The translations under genes were made by a program, and so were the position numbers. Under the pieces are notes generated by a model. The model saw only the letters and a list, made by a program, of their open reading frames with translations, ran no database searches and had not been told where the DNA came from. From the human T2T-CHM13v2.0 reference genome, Homo sapiens: a DNA stretch of 64,000 nt. Below are positions 31,091 to 46,518 of the stretch, piece by piece; positions within the stretch are counted from its first letter, which is position 1, and each line of letters starts with the position of its first letter. Location of the stretch: the NCBI RefSeq assembly GCF_009914755.1, contig NC_060935.1; one strand, given 5' to 3'.

Positions 31091-32454
31091 AATGCCCACA
31101 ATTATTGCCAAAAATCACAACCACAGTGCCATTGGTTCTGCCTTTCCCTCTTCTCCAAATCTTAGCATAGCTGCCCTTGGTTCTAGCAGGGACAGTGGTG
31201 TCCTGTGGCCTCCAAATAGCTTTGCCCCATATAACCACAGCCCCTGCCCTGGGTCCCACAAGGCTCTGGTCAGCTCTTCTGACCGCCTCTGCCCTGTCCC
31301 TGGCTCAGCCCACACACCCCACCGTTCCAGCAAAGAGGACAAAAATGCACATCCACCCTATGGTGGTGACATCCTGCAGTTTGCTAATGAGAAACAAGTG
31401 GCCTTCCATGCTCAGTGCAGAGGGAGGAGGACAGAGTCCCACCTCAGGCCAAACCCACATTCCTGAGGTGGCAGAGGGTGACACGGCCAGGAGGGTGCAA
31501 AGGACTCCTCCACCTAGATGGCTCCTTGGACATGGAGGCCCTTGGCGGGGCAGCCTTCCCTCCTCCTCTCTCACACCACAGCCCTTCCTGTTATGGGGCA
31601 CTGGACAGGGCTTGGATGTGGGCAGGAGGGCAGCCAAAGCCTGAGTCACTGGGAGGGGACAGCTGGGTCTTGAGTTGTGGTCTCCGTGGGGAGGACTGGG
31701 AGGATGGGGATGGGTGCAGAGGCTCTTCCTCTCCACTCCAGAAGAATCTCTTCGCCCTCGAGGTGTGAGCTGGAGGCCTGTCTCTGGAGCCCTCTGCAGC
31801 CGTCTCAAACCTCACTGCCCTTCTCAGCCTCCAAGGCCCACCTCCTTCTCTAGGGGCACCCACTCCCTCCTCTGCAACTCAGTTCTTTCTCGCCCCAGCC
31901 TCATTAGTCAAACAGAAAACAGAGGCCCATAGAAGGTCATTGACTCATTCTGGGTAACAGAGCAGTGTGAGGACTAACGTCTACTGCCTTAGACTCTGAG
32001 TAAAGCTGGAGACTCTGGCTGGACCCTTGGCACTGGAAAGAGGGACTGTCCCTGAGGCTGGGGTGACCTGGCATGTCTCTCCCAGTCTGGCCCACTGGCA
32101 GCTCCATGCCCAGCTCCACAGGCACAAGTAGGTCAAAGCCAGCCTCCCTGAGCAAAGCCTGCCTGACGCCTGCCCAGAACGCTTGCTGCCCCTCTCAGCT
32201 ATCTGTCCAATGCACAGGCCTCTCTGGCACCATCCAAGGCTGCACACTGGCTCTTGCTACCTGCGTCCTGCATCTATGCCCTCCACACTCTGGGTCCCGG
32301 GGTCCTTGGTGACTCTCCTCTACAACACAGCAGCCTTGGGTTGTCTCTTTGCCTGGGTTTCAGTATCTTCCAGAGCTTTGGGAGGGAGAGCTTCCTTTCC
32401 CTCATCAGCCCAATGGAGCCCCGCTCAGTCAGGCTTGTGTAGCCTCCTGTGAAA

Positions 32455-32703
32455 GGGACTCAGTGTCTAGTGAGGGCCCATTTCCCGGTTCATAGATGGT
32501 GGCCTCTTGCTATATCCTCACATGGTAAGGGAGGCAGGGCAGCTCTCTGGGGCCTGTTTCATAAGTGCACTAACCCCATTCCCAGGGGCTCTGCCTCCAT
32601 GACCTAATCACCTCCCAGGGACCCCACCTCCCAATACCATCACACTGGGGATTTTGTTTCAACACATGAATTCTGGAGAGACACAAACATTCAGACTCCA
32701 GCA
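32455..32703 (-). mobile_element. MLT1A MaLR LTR fragment
   Basis: ATGACCTAATCACCTCCCA...AATACCATCACACTGGGG...ACAAACATTCAGAC. Confidence 0.85.
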
Positions 32704-35139
32704 TTTCCAATACGACTCGAGCCCCACCACACCACCCAATTCTTGGCAGTCCCTTCCCTTGGCCCTTGTGGCTCCCAGAACCCACAGGGTCCCTGCACGC
32801 AAGGGACTGAGCCCCAGAGCCACACTGCGGCTGCCCTTTGACTTTTCCCAATGCCCTGTCCCATCCAGAGAATTGGACCTCCTTGGAATGATGCTGACCC
32901 AAAAGAAGGCTGATTTGCAGCACCCTCTGGGCTGCTGGCCCCGGGGCCGGTCCTCTCAGGGCCCAGCATGATGGCTGCCTCGCCCCAGCTCTCCTGTCTC
33001 ACTCCAGACTCCCTCATGCCTTGGAGCTGAGCCTGCAGGAGCTGTGGCCAGGGCAGGTTCTGGACCCTACTCCACCTCCCTAGCCTCTCCTCTCTCCTCC
33101 AAGCAGTCCCGCAGTGGGTGCCAGCCCTGCCTGGGGCTCTGGCTGCATGACAATTTCCAGGCCTACCTTGCGTGGGGACTGGGGATTGGGCATGACAAGA
33201 AACAGCACATGACAGATGTAGAGGTTGGGAAGGTGGCCTGGGAAGGCCTCTGCAGTGTGGATGCAGAAAACTTGAAGCAGAGTGGCTGGCAACTGCCCAG
33301 TCCTGGGCTTCCCAGAATGAAGGGAAGCCAGACCTGGGGGTGGAGAGAGGGGCCAGAAGATGCCCTCATCTCCCATGGAGTCGCCTGTCTGCTCGCGGTG
33401 CTTTTTCCAAGCTGCTGGCACAGCTCCCTCGCAGGCTATTATTGTCAACACCCTCCCTGTTGCCTGGTGTCCCCATGGAGGGACACTGCCATTGGCCATG
33501 TCTTTGCCACACCCTGTCCTTGCCACATCCCAGAGACCTGGGAGAAAGGACTGGGGATTTGAGGTCCCCAGGCAGCCCATAATGCCGAGAGACCTCACTG
33601 CCCCTTAGCTGTCAAGCTCCTCTCTCCTTGGCTTCTCTTCTGTGAATTTGAGACCCCTCTCTGCCATTCTACCTATGTCTTCTCCAAAAGCCTAGGGAAG
33701 GAAGGCTCTGAGTGATGGAGACCCCTCACTCCCACACACAGGAAACATCAGGATGAGAAGCCCACATCCCTCCTCACTGGTGTCTCCCAAATCCACCTTC
33801 TCAAGGGATCTTTAGCCCCCAGCCTAGCAGTAGGTAGCATGGGCTCATTTTGAACCATGAGCCCAGAGCCGGGCTGAGCCCTTTCTCCACTGAAGGCCAA
33901 TCTCTTGCCTATCCCCTGCCACACAAGTTTCCCATCCATTCTGGAACACCCTTAGTCACAGACTGTCTGTGTGGACTAAGGGGAGGCTTAGGGTGGCAGT
34001 AGCTGGACACTGTCTATACCTATGTCACCGAGGGATGCAGGGGCAGCTATTTCCTGGAAGAAGAAAACAGAGAAGCCCAGAGACAGGCGGCGGGGAGACA
34101 GAGGCGGAGACCAAAAGCAGCATGACAGAGAGACAGGAGCTGGGGGAAGCAGAGAGGGCCAAATTGACACCACATGGCTGCCGCGCCAGACCCCAGGGCC
34201 CAGCAAACAGGCTTCATGCTGTCAGTTGCCATGGTGACAAACATGCAGGAAATATCCAAGATAACTAGAATAGTGGCAATAACATGTGTTCTGGATAAAA
34301 CCTTCCGCGGCCCCACCCCCTCCAGTGTATTTGTTGCATTACTCAGGATAAACTTGGCTTTTGCACATTCACCTTCCCCGAGAGGCTGGGGCTGCGGGTC
34401 CTCGGGTTGTCGGGTGAAAGGCACGGCTGCCCTTGGGAAACGAGTGGACCTGAGGCAGATTTTTGCTCAGGAAAAAAAAGGTGTATTTTGTGCCTCTCAC
34501 CTCACTCCTGCCTCTCTGAGTCTGGATTTGGGCACCCATATCCTTCTGCTCTGGAACGCGAAGGCCAAGAAGAGTCTGAATTCCTGTTTGAGGTCACATA
34601 GCAGGTCTGAGGACAGAGGGGACATCCTGGGAGGTCCTTCAGGAGCCCACAAAGCATCCCAAGGGAGTTCAAGATCCATCAAGAAGCCAAAGCTAACGTG
34701 AGGGCGCCTGAGGCCGTGTGCAAAGCTGGACACCCTGGCAGTGCCGGTGCCTCTGCTGGGGCAACACTGCCTCCACTCCCAAAGCAAGGGCAAGGTATCC
34801 CGGGGGGAAGAGGCAGAGAAGGGAGGGAGGAACAGGGGCGCTTTGGGGCAGGTGACTCTGAGAAAAGGAAGAAAAGGACAAGTTTGGCCTGGTATTCACA
34901 CAGAAAAGTGACTCCCACACCTGCGAGAATGGAAGGAAGTAAGGGGGACATCTCAGAAGAGAGCAGAGCCTCCTAGAAAGCACCCCCCATTCCCCCAGCT
35001 CCTAAAGATTGACAGAGGGTTGGGGGGGGGGCGGGCGTGCCAAAGTCACCACTAAAGGCCCAGCTGGAAGCCAGCCAAGACAGTTGGTGCCCATCAGACT
35101 GTTTGGATTCCCCCTGCACTCTCTGGGTTGCTGGCAGAA

Positions 35140-35350
35140 AAGATTCCGTGGAAAGGACGCGAGATTTCAAGTCCTGCCACCTACTGCCTGTACAACCTCA
35201 GTGAGGCCGGTGACTTCCCAGGGCTTCCATCCTCTGCTGGGTGGAGCTAACACTAACTTATCTCTCCAGGCTGCTAGGCGGAGTAAATGCCACAGGGCAC
35301 GTGGGAGCACTTGGCACATTGTAAAGCTCTGTGTCCAAGCTGTTGAATGC
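35140..35350 (+). mobile_element. MIR
   Basis: TTCAAGTCCTGCCACCTACT...AGCACTTGGCACATTGTAAAGCTC. Confidence 0.55.
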
Positions 35351-37024
35351 TGTTGTGACTCAGGCAGAGAGCAGCAGGCAGGCCAGGGAGAGGTTGCAGG
35401 CAAAGGTTCATGTGAGGAGACTCTGGTTTTTCTAATGACACTACACCCAGATTTTCCGATCTAAACAACCAGCTTCAGTTGTGATTTCCCATGTTGGAAA
35501 GTTTCTGGAAAATGATCCATGATAGAAATGGGTTTGGGAATGGTCCACCTGGACACAGTGGCCCTTACTTGGCTTGGAGCATTCCCCTTGGGAATGCCAG
35601 AACCAATTCGTGGCCTAGTGGGACAAAGGGAGCCGTTCTACCCAATGACCCTTGCTCCTGACCCTCTTCAGTGACCACAATCCCAGCCAGCACCCCTCCA
35701 CCCCCCACCACCAATCGGGAGCATGAGCCAGGTCTGGAAGCGGCCCTTAAATGACCTTTTAGACCCAAGTGAGGTTTCCCAGCTCCCTTGGGAATCTAGG
35801 GATCTTACAAACTGAGATGAAACCAGATTAGCTTCCATTTTTGCTGTTGGGAAGAGTGAAATTCACCCCACTCATCCCAAGTTCAAAGCCTTACTTTGGT
35901 ACCATGTTGCAAGGAATGTGGATGGAGGTGAGACAGAGACAGGTAGGGAAAGCAAGAAATGGCTCAAGCCTTGGTGCTCAGCTTCCCCAGTAACTGCCAA
36001 GTGTAGGGAGGGACTGGCTCAGGGAATCCTGTTCCCCAAACCCAGGACCAAGACAGGACCACTGGAGGAGCAAGGAGCTGTCAGCCCCTCACAGGTGGCA
36101 CACCAGCTGGGCATGCAGGGGAAAAGGCAGACCGAGGCTGGGCCCAGGACCTCCACCATCCTGGCTCCGGGGGAGGACAGCAGGAGGCCTGGTCGGCAGA
36201 ACACCACCCACCACCTCCCCAGCTGGCTGCCTTCTCTGTATCTGGTTTCACTCTCTCCACACTTATTTGCCACACCAGCAGAAGAGGCAGCTTCAGTGGC
36301 AGAAGTCTGGGTGTGTGTGGTGGGGGTGGGGGATGATGGGGGCAGAGGTGGGTGGTGGAGTGATGGGGTAGAAGGAGGACCCAGACAATCCCAGTTGCTT
36401 CTCCAAACACTATCAGGAAAGTTCAGAGCAAATAAGAGCTCTAGATGGCTGGAGCCCAGAGGAGGGCCTAGTGCCTGCCTGCACCCTGTCTTCACAATTC
36501 CCTAGGGTGTTTGAGAGAAGCAGAGGCAAACTGTCCATTACAGAAAAGCCTTAACCTGAGAAGGGGGAACCCGGTCTCCCTTCCCTACTCCATAGCCCCA
36601 GCTGGGACTCCAGCCCAAGCGCCGTGGAAGGTGTGGGCAGAATACAGAGGCACAAAATCTGCCCCAAAGACTTCGGGGTATGGTGTTTCATGGTCCCAGG
36701 GTAGGGACATAGTGCCGGCAGCCACTTTTTTTCTGTTTGCCAAGGAGCTTTCTCCCTGGGGATTAACAGGGCCTTCCTGCCACCCCATCTGGCTGGTACA
36801 GGAGCCAGAACACCACCCCTGGCTGCCAGCCAGCCTGTGTCGGGGGAGCCAGGGCTCTCTCAGAGACTTACAGACGTGGTGCTGGGGCCTTAGGGCAGGA
36901 AGAGGGAGGCAGAGGCCTCTGGGGCCACCCAGCTGGGAAGTCCTGACCCTGAAATTCAGCCAGTCCCTACCTCTGGCCTGTGGCTGAGGGTGGACAGGGA
37001 GTCAGGAGGGTCTCTGTTTTGCCT

Positions 37025-37026
37025 TC

Positions 37027-37067
<41 letters not shown>

Positions 37068-37075
37068 CTCTCTCC
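37025..37075. repeat. (TC)n microsatellite
   Basis: Visible run. Confidence 0.95.
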
Positions 37076-38629
37076 TGAAGATAGGGAATATATAACCAAT
37101 CTATAACCTGGAAGACTGAGGACAGGAGACTAGGAGGCAGTGGACTTCAGTCTTGGTAAGATGTGATCGCCCGTTGGAAAGGCCAAGCCTAACTAAGGGT
37201 GGACAAGCTCTTGGACAGGGTAGGAATGGGACTGAGAACCCACTGTCTCCTCCTCATACCACTGCCCACATTTTATCCACTTTCTCTCAGGGACCCCCGA
37301 GACCCCGTAGCCAGGAACCCTCCCCCAGCCCCATGAAGGGAAGGAGGGCCCACTGCCCTGTGGGGTAATGAGCAGCTCCACCCTGCTTGGGAGGAGGGTC
37401 AGTGAGAGAGCCGCTGGCACATCAAAGAAGGCAGGGCCTGTGTCCCGGAAGGCAGCTCTCAACAGCCAGCAGCACCCATAGAATGGGACCACGCCAGACG
37501 GCCCCCAAGACCAATTCTCATCTCACGCTATGTGCCCCCCACCAAACGGCTGTAGCCTGCACTTGTCTGTCCGATCACCCTTCCCTGCACTGTGCTGAGT
37601 AAACAAACACAGCACTCAGGCAGCCCTCTGCTGGCAAACACGTCTGACTTAGCAACCGCTCCTAGAATAAATAAACACCACACGCTTACACACACTCAGA
37701 CACACTTGCTCGTGCTCTTTCCTGGAACCGGGGACTGCTCCCTGTCCCACGTGCGGCTCCCACTGGGCCCCAGCCTCAAACAGGCTACATCAGAGTAGTG
37801 CCTGAGACTGTCACCCTTTGCCTGGGTGTGGGGATGAGCTGGGGCCTCAGGTGCACAGAGACCTGGACCCAGGCTTGGAGCTTCCTCAGGCAGCCCACCA
37901 GTCCCGGGGCGGTTGGGGGGTGCTCTGTTAGGAGCCACTCATCCTGAGGGGACCACCGGAATGAGACTCTAGACACTTGGAACATTACAGAAGTAAAAAA
38001 ACCTTCGACATGATCCAGTCACCGGCTCAACCAGCAAAACCTCCCGCAAGAAGGGGGTGACCCGAACCCCAAGGATAGGCCTCACAGAGCCTCACAGATC
38101 AGAACTCGGGCCCCAAATCCTTTCCACTTCCCCACAGAGGCCCCCCTCCCCCCATCCTCTGGATTCTTTTCACAGTTGTGTCCCTTCGGGGCCGGGATAG
38201 TTTAAGGGGGAAAACACCACCCAGATGGCAGATTCAGAGATGACAATTGGGCAGTAAAGCCTCCCGCTTAGTCCTGGAAGGACCTTCTCAGCAAGGTCCT
38301 GCTGGCCTTTACCCTTCCCTGGGAGCTTCCCAGGAGGTATCCTTGCCCTCTCCTTGGGAAGGGTGGCGTCTTGAGACTGCCAGCCCTACAGTAAGTGCCA
38401 GGTATCCCTAACAAGAAGTCAGATGAAAATGTCAGTTACCTGGAGGCCTGTATTAAATCTAGGGGAACAATACAGGAAAAATCACTTAGGCCAAAGAGAC
38501 TGGAAGTTACCCCCAGGAATTTGTGTTTAATACGTAAGAAAATGCAGGCGCACCGAGGCAGGGGTGGTGGTAGCATCCATTCCTGCCTTGAGAGACAGCT
38601 ACAGACCAAGACAGGCCTGGCATCCGGCA

Positions 38630-38830
38630 GAGTGGCACAGCAGAGGCATCAAAGCTTGAGCTTCGGGCAGATCTGGTTTCAGATCTCAGCTTTTCTCTTA
38701 TTAGCTGTGGAGGACTGGGCAATTTACCTCATTTCTTCTCTCTATAAAGTGGGGGAAATTCCCCTCTTTCATGATTGCTGTAAAGATTAATAAGATGGCA
38801 TATATAAAGACGCCAGCACTAGCACCCTTG
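38630..38830 (+). mobile_element. MIR
   Basis: AGATCTGGTTTCAGATCTCAGC...GTAAAGATTAA. Confidence 0.65.
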
Positions 38831-39051
38831 CCTTCAACAGTGACTGACAGAGATGGCATGATTTAAAATCCCACCCTTTGTTAAAGCTGGAAAAAACATA
38901 TTTACGGAGTTGAAGCAGAATATGTGAGAAAGTGCATTATAATAAAAACGACCTACAAAATTGAGGCATTATCATTTAAAAGTTTCACTGTTCAGATTAA
39001 TCTGTACTTTGTATATTTCCAAAGCCCAAGCCTTATTCAATGACTGCATAT

Positions 39052-39240
39052 TGTTACTATAATAATTGTAGTCAGGTACAATAATTGTTCATTAAAATAG
39101 CAATAAAAGTTGAATGAAAAAATTCATCTTGTCAGTCAAGAGAGTGCTGTTAATATAATAATTGTAGTCAGGTACAATAATTATTCAATAAAATAGCAAT
39201 ACAAGCTAAATGCAGAATATTCATCCTGTCAGGCAAGAGC
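39052..39240. repeat. Diverged tandem duplication, 96-bp period, 2 copies
   Basis: TATAATAATTGTAGTCAGGTACAATAATT...ATTCATC(T/C)TGTCAG(T/G)CAAGAG occurs twice. Confidence 0.9.
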
Positions 39241-39343
39241 ATATTTCTTTTACTTGCACTGTAACTTTGTCATAGTGAGAAACTAACGGAGGCTAAGAAG
39301 AAAGCACAGAAAGAATTCGCAATTGCAAAAATATGGAGCTGGG

Positions 39344-39467
39344 GACTGGGCACAGTGGTTCATGTCTGTGATCCCAGCACTTTGGGAGGCCAAGGTGGGC
39401 AGATTGCTTGAGCTCAGGAGTTTGAGACCAGCCTGGGCAACATAGTGAGATCCTACCTCTAAAAAAA
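39344..39467 (+). mobile_element. FLAM / Alu left monomer
   Basis: Single monomer with short A tail. Confidence 0.85.
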
Positions 39468-39507
39468 GAGGAGCCTTTTAAATGCCCGTCAACCAACAAG
39501 CAAATTA

Positions 39508-39914
<407 letters not shown>

Positions 39915-40989
39915 TCATTATTCTAAGAGAAGTAACTCAGGGATGGAAAACAAAGCCATATGTTCTCACTTATAAGTGAGAGCTAAGCTATGGGGATACA
40001 AAGGCATAGGAATGGTAGAAGGGACTCTGGGGACTTGCAGGGAAGGGTGGGAAGGGGGTGAGGGATGAAAGAGTACACACTGGGTACAGTGTACACTGCT
40101 CGGGTGGCGGGTGCACCAATCTCTCAGAAATCACCACTAAAGAACTCATCCACATAATCAAAAACTACCTGTACCCCCAAAACTATTAAAATATACATTT
40201 TTAAAAAGAAAACAAAATATTGGGGAATAAAACAAAGTCAGAAAGCCCATAAAGCCGGCTGGTGGCTGTAGAGGCACAGAGGCGTGCATTTTTAGGTCGC
40301 AGGTGTGGGGGTGAGGACCCTGAGGAGGCAGTCTCGCCCGGACTCCTGGAGACCCGCATAGCCCTCGCTGGGAGACACTATGGGCCTTTTCTACATGTCC
40401 CCTCACCTCTCTGTCTTCTCTGGCTGTCTGGCCCGAGCTGCTGTCCATGTGAGCAGACACGGCACTCAGGGCCAGGAGACTCAGAGCAAGGCCAGGAGGG
40501 CACAGGGGCAGGGGACTGGCAGGCTGACAGTCCTGGGGCTACACGGGAAGCGGTCAGCTCAGAGCCAAGGCTGTGGACCAGGGCTGCTCCTCAGAACTAA
40601 AGGCTTGCAACCAACTACTGGCTAGACAAGGCTGGGAAATCAAGCATTACAGAGCGCTGCTGACTGTGAGTCTGCATGGGCAGGAGGCTGAACTCACAGC
40701 CAGGAGACTAGGACATCGGGCAGCAAATCTAGGAAGGGTCTGGGCAGCAACTATGGGACCCTATTGGCAAGAAAAGACTTTGATATGGGACCAAAGACTG
40801 GCTGAAGAGGGAATGCCTACATTTTGTTTGCCAAGTGCAGGCCTCAAGGCCTGAGTTGATAGGTACAGGGAAACACTAAATGGCCTGGGGTGTGACAGAC
40901 TGTGTGCAAGGCAGTTCCTTAGAGCAGACGCAGAACTCGCCATCCTGAAACTCTACCTGTGTAACTGCCTGCAAATAGCAGCAGGCGCT

Positions 40990-41215
40990 CATGGGGAAGA
41001 ACATGGTTCGTGACTCTTCTGTGCCACTTACTAGCTTGGGAGAGTTACCTAGCCTCTGTCAGTCTCAGTTTTCTCATCTTTAAAACAGGGATAATGACAC
41101 CTACCTCATCTGGTAGTGGTGATTGTGTGAACTCGGTGATGTAAGGGATGTTAAAACGCTTTAGCACTTGGCCTGGCCCCGTTGAAAGTGCTCCATAAAA
41201 GCTAGGCATGATTAC
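40990..41215 (+). mobile_element. MIR
   Basis: CTCAGTTTTCTCATCTTTAAAACAGGGATAATGACACCTACCTCA. Confidence 0.8.
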
Positions 41216-41238
41216 TAATTAAACATTTATTGAGAGTA

Positions 41239-41781
<543 letters not shown>

Positions 41782-42492
41782 TTATTGAGTGCCTATTATA
41801 TGCCAGGCCCTATACTTTGTATAGGACATACAAAGATGAAAAGTGTAGACACTGCTTTCAACAGGTCTAGGCTTCCAGGGGTGGGCAGAGGCTCCTACTT
41901 CAAATAAGCAATCACAGCCGAGTATGCTCATTAGCAGTGGAGGCAGGTACAGAATGCAGAAGGGGGAGGTGGGGGAAACAGCATTCGAATTTGCCTTGAG
42001 AAATCAGGGAAGGCCTCCAGGAGGAGACAGGGCATGAGTTGAGCCTGGAAAGCTGAATAGGAGGTTTTCTGGTGGACAAGTGGAGAAAGAGCAGTGTAGG
42101 TAGAAGAAGGAGCAAATGCAAAGACACAAGAAAAAAATCGAGTCACAGGAAAGCCTGCTGTGTTCTGGGAGTTCGGACAATGAATGGCAGTGCTGCTATG
42201 GCTTAAAGAGGAGAGCTTGGCGGGGGAAATGAAGTTCGGCTGACAGATGGGACCAGAGCATAAAGGATTTTTTAATGCTATGTTAAAGAATTTAGATTTT
42301 ACCCTGAGTGATGAGAAGCCACTAAAGCATTTTAAGTAAGGGAGTGATGGACAAGATTTATTTTATAAAAAGACCATTCTTGGGGCTATGGGTAGTATGG
42401 ATCGGCTATGGTCAGGACAGGCTGAAGGGAAACCAGCTGGGAGACTAGCAGGAAGTGAGAGCCTGATCTAAGGAAGCCAAAATGGGGCTAGA

Positions 42493-42827
<335 letters not shown>

Positions 42828-43375
42828 CTAGAGGTGGGCAGATGCATGCTTAAGCAGGAAACCTGGCAAGACAGACTGGGTGTTAAGAATGAGGCAGAAG
42901 GCCTGGGAAATGTTGACACCCTTCTCCAGGATCGGATCTTCAGAAATGTGAGCAGACTCAGAGGGAAGCAAGAGTCCTGCTTTGGTCTCAGAGAACTTAA
43001 GGTGGAGCTCAGAACAAAGTCCTTGGCTGGATATGCAGATCTGGGGTCATGGGCATGAGGGTGTAGCTTAGCTGGAAGTGGGGAGTGTGCAGAGGGAGGA
43101 GGGAAGACAGCATTGGATAGCCACAGGTAGCCATGGGAAATCCCAACCAATGTGCATGCATCTACTGGAGAAAAGAGGACCCACAAAGGAGACTGAAAAG
43201 AATCTTAGAAAGTTGTAGAAGAGATCCAGGAAAGAGCAGTGTCACGCAGCACGAAGGGGCAAAGCATGTCAGGACTGCGGGGAAGGTCAATGATGTCAAA
43301 CACTGCTGGACAAGTCCAGTAAGGAAAAGACTGAAATGTGACTACAGGTGGTCCCTGATGACTTCACAGAGGGCA

Positions 43376-43688
<313 letters not shown>

Positions 43689-46518
43689 CACAGAGGGCAT
43701 TTCTGTGATGACAGTGCATGCCAGGCTACAATGCGTTGTGGAGTCAATGTGACATGAAGGGAGAAAAAACAGGGGACACTTACGAGAGGCTTGACTAAAA
43801 GAGAAGACATGAGGGGTCATAGAGACTTCAGGTGGAAGGAAGGTTTCATTTTGTTTTTTAGTACGGGAAATACTTGAATGAGTATGTATGGCTAAGGAGA
43901 GGTGGAGCTTAAAGATTCAGAAAAGTCTCAGGACGAAAGAGAGGACCTTAGAGCAAGGTCCCGGAGGACACAGGAAGAAATGGGATCCCGATGACATACC
44001 CCTCTTCCTGAAACATTCTTAGCTCACATCAGCGGAAACAGACTCTGAGACTCTGAGGTTTTCATGAAGGAGGATTACTGGGGGGAGATCTGAGGAACCA
44101 GCCCTGACAGGGAGACCTCATGGAAAACGAGGGTGGCTGAGGCATGGAGGTTTGTAGAGCGTCGCAGGCAATGGAGGAAATTCTTTCCTGATGGACTCCT
44201 TTTTCTTTTCAAAATGAGAAATTGTTGAAAAAAAGTGCTCGAGATCTCCAGAAGAGTGGAAAAGGCCTGGAATGACCTTAGATGACAGTAGGAATCACAA
44301 GCTGGGATTAGTTTGTACCCTGGAGGGTGCAACAAAGATCAGATGCCATAAATCTGTGGTGTTACCATCTTTTAGGCTGAGTGATTTTTCCCTAGTCGGG
44401 CTCTGCATCCCAGAAATACAAGCAGAAGAGGAGGCTGAGGGTGAGGTTAACCTAAGGCACATTTCTGGGCTTCTGGCCTACTCTCTACTCCTGCTGGGCG
44501 CCTGTCTCCAGCTGGGACGAAGGGAAGAGCCTGCAGGTCATGCCTCTACTTGAAGCTTCCTTCTCTCTCTCAGGGTTGCTATTTATTATGTCTTGGCCAG
44601 TGCACCAATCCAAAAGTTGAAAAAAAGCAGAGTACACATCAAACCATTCCCAGAATCAAACTCTAGGATGATTTAAAGATCAGTGAGTCAGATACATGTG
44701 GATTAAATTTTCCTCTAACTACATACTTGGTTAGAAAATCCTAGCCTGGGACTTGGAAGTGATGGGTCCTGTTTGGGACACCCAAGTTGCTATAAAGAGG
44801 TACAACGTGTGTTCAGTTCCAGTCCCTGGATCATCAGGCAAGGTCTGAAAACCTCTGTTTGAGACGGCATAAATTCCCAGGACTGCAGACCACTGGACCA
44901 AACTTCTAGGAGGCAAGACTTGTGGACCCTGGTGAGAACCCAAGCCAAACCTTTCATGGGGCCAGCCTTGGGAGAAACTGGCCCTGCTTGGCTGGCTTCT
45001 GCTACCGTCACTCATCCTTTCTAAGTGAGGGCAGCCTTGAGGCCACAAAACAAAGGCCAAAATGGCTTCAAGGACAGTAAGCTCAAGGTAAGTTTGGATA
45101 ACTTCTTTAGATCAAAAAAGAGGAACCCCAGGTTAGAAGGCAGGTAATTTTCTGGAATAAATGAGTTTGAAAATATAAAAGTATGGAGAAGAAAAGAGCA
45201 ACATTTTGTTAGGGACAGAAAAAAAAAAAAAAAAGAGTCAAAAGACCCCAGTCTTCACTCTGGTTCTGTAATTTTAAGGAAGTCACTATCCCCTTGAGGT
45301 TTTGGCACCCTCTGCTGAAAATGTAAAGGTTTGGATTCGATGATGACTCATCTTTTATTTCTGATCTTACTTATCTAGTTTTATGTCCTTTATGCTCAAT
45401 TTAAGCTCTTCCATGCTCTGCATTTCCCATATCCATTTTTCTTCCTCCCAAGGGGCATGAAAGTATTTGGTGAGCTAAAAGATGTTGGCTTTCTCTTCCT
45501 GTTTCTTGCTCAAACCCCAGTCGGTTCTCCAAGCTGTCATTAAACCATCCATCCATTCATTCATTCATTCATTGATACCAGTTTCCCTCCACCACTCTAA
45601 CTGGAGCTGAGCAATTAGACACATGGTAACCTTGTGTGCAAGAAGTTAAGAAGTCTACCAGGGACTCCAGAGGCCAAAAAATTGGGCAAAAATTAGGCAA
45701 GGGGCAGGCCCACTTGGACCCCATGCTTCTCCCTCATCAGTTAGCAAAGGGAGAGTCTCTTTTTCCAGCCCTCTCTCCCTCTGCTCATACCTTGGTGAAA
45801 GGAAATAATGACCCACAATGTGACCCCATGCCGAGGACGGAGAGGGGAGAGAGATACGCAAGGGTGATGAGGCTTTGTGGCAGGTGGCAGTAGCTGGCAG
45901 CTCTCCACGCCTTGATCCCAAGGCCACATTCTCTGGTGGGAGGGGAGCCAGGAAGAGATCCTTGAAATGGAACACTGGAGTGCTCAGGATGGACCAGGCT
46001 CCACAACAGCTGCCCTGCAGATGGGGAAGAGCATTTGAATCTTGAGTTTATATTTCTAGAAAAACTCCCCCTCCCACTCTCCCTTGCTGTATTATGGGTT
46101 TTTTTGTGAGGTTTAGAAAAATAAACAGAATCTAACAATAACTGTCTGAAAGTGCTAAATTACCAAGAAAGACGTAACAGATTAGCAGTGCAAACTGAGC
46201 CTGGGTGGGAGACAGCCAGCACACGAGGGATCTGAGAACGACCCATAGGGTGGTGGTTTCTCTGCTCTTCCTCCTCCCGCAGAATGAGCTGTCTTCACAC
46301 ACTGCAGCCTCTCTGGTGGAGCTGAAGGCTGAGCTGCATTGTCCAGAGAGCCTGAGGTTTAGAAATGGGGTACCATGTCCACTTTCAAACCAGCAACACC
46401 CCCAGACTTGAAAAGATCTGGCTCATGCCATCAAGTCCATCTCTGGCTCTCAGGTAGGACTGCTCCTGTCACCCTGGTTGGAGGTGAAACTCTTTTCTGT
46501 TTCTAGAGACAACCTTCT

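Noticed and set aside
45080-45095. Perfect donor AAG|GTAAGT
   Set aside because: No convincing upstream acceptor; isolated donors are expected by chance.
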